In this document: positions 55,904-56,545 of the stretch, in pieces
How positions within the stretch are numbered: the stretch's first letter is position 1
Layout of the letters: every line of letters begins with the position of its first letter
From: a virus
Lineage: Duplodnaviria; Caudoviricetes
DNA: 56,545 bases
Strand: one strand, 5' to 3'
Virus record (IMG/VR): IMGVR_UViG_3300042543_000175
Coordinates: 1-56,545 of that record
Translations under genes and position numbers: made by a program
The notes under the pieces: generated by a model
Seen by the model: the letters and a program-made list of their open reading frames with translations, nothing else
What the model was told of the DNA's origin: nothing
Databases searched by the model: none

Positions 55904-56094
55904 CAGCACAAGTAAAAGCAAAACAAATAAAGGGGAGTCTTGGAGGAGAAAAACCATTTCGGTTTATTCCCGCTGGACTCTACTACTTCGGCGGGGGATG
56001 GGCCAGACCCATGTCCAATCAGTCAATGATAATTGACGGGGCGGCTTACGAACTGCCTAAAAACTGGTTTCAGAAGCTTATCGATAGCCTGTGA
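55900..56094 (+). CDS. Hypothetical protein
   Basis: Coupled ORF. Confidence 0.5.
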   Translation: MTAQVKAKQIKGSLGGEKPFRFIPAGLYYFGGGWARPMSNQSMIIDGAAYELPKNWFQKLIDSL

Positions 56095-56363
56095 AACGCA
56101 AAGTCTCCATCGTAATTGATGACGAGAACCCTCTCATTCCGAAATGGAGTGAGAGGAGTCGCGCCATCCATCCTTTGATGGTTCTGCTTTCGGGATTGAA
56201 GGTAGGAGAGTCCTTCACTTGGCCTGCAATGGCAAAAGAGAATTTGGAATTACTGCGCGCTCGCGCTCATGGTTACGCCCGATCCCACGGGAAAAAGTTT
56301 GCCACTAGGTTGGTGACAAGGGGCCGAAACAAACCCACCATGATGTTCTGGAGGACAAAATGA
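56091..56363 (+). CDS. Small putative DNA-binding protein
   Basis: LKVGESF...KKFATR...FWRTK. Confidence 0.55.
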   Translation: MKRKVSIVIDDENPLIPKWSERSRAIHPLMVLLSGLKVGESFTWPAMAKENLELLRARAHGYARSHGKKFATRLVTRGRNKPTMMFWRTK

Positions 56364-56545
56364 ATCATTTGCCTTTTGTTGCCCACTTCTTTTCTCCTGC
56401 TCGCCGTCTGGCTCCCCGTCCCTTCCTATCGGGACGATTCCGAATGGCAGCAAAGCGGATGGCTTCCTTTTCTTTAGGAGTCAAGGGCGGAGGAACAAAT
56501 GGTTTCTCTGCCACTGGCGCTGGAGCTTCCCCATCCTCTGGAGGA

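Noticed and set aside
1-56545. Stop-codon reassignment
   Set aside because: Long genes are intact under the standard code, and TAA, TAG and TGA all terminate tightly packed ORFs.

Overview
The whole window is a segment of a dsDNA tailed-phage (probably podovirus-like) genome; I see no cellular housekeeping context, integrase, CRISPR array, rRNA or canonical tRNA. Positions 1-36.3 kb are mostly minus-strand late genes: large terminase, several tail-fibre/adaptor genes, portal, scaffold, major capsid, a CHAP-endolysin lysis cassette, glycosyltransferase-like and RmlC genes, a Cas4-like exonuclease and internal virion proteins. A plus-strand cassette at 8.6-13.8 kb interrupts this arm. Positions 36.4-50.6 kb hold replication/middle genes (DnaB, HNH, PD-(D/E)XK nucleases, dCMP deaminase, zincins). 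A repeat-rich non-coding gap (50.6-51.5 kb) precedes an early-type region (gp88-like, DUF932, a histone-fold-like protein). The most unusual part is a minus-strand non-coding cluster at 42.03-42.90 kb. It contains a promoter-flanked sRNA whose loop is antisense to the 5' end of a ~500-nt hairpin-dense RNA, then a 66-nt tmRNA-like element with only the tRNA-like domain, then an 80-nt closed-stem RNA. CCNGG, GGWCC and CCGG sites appear to be avoided window-wide. All family assignments are by-eye motif recognition, not database searches; the host cannot be determined from this window.
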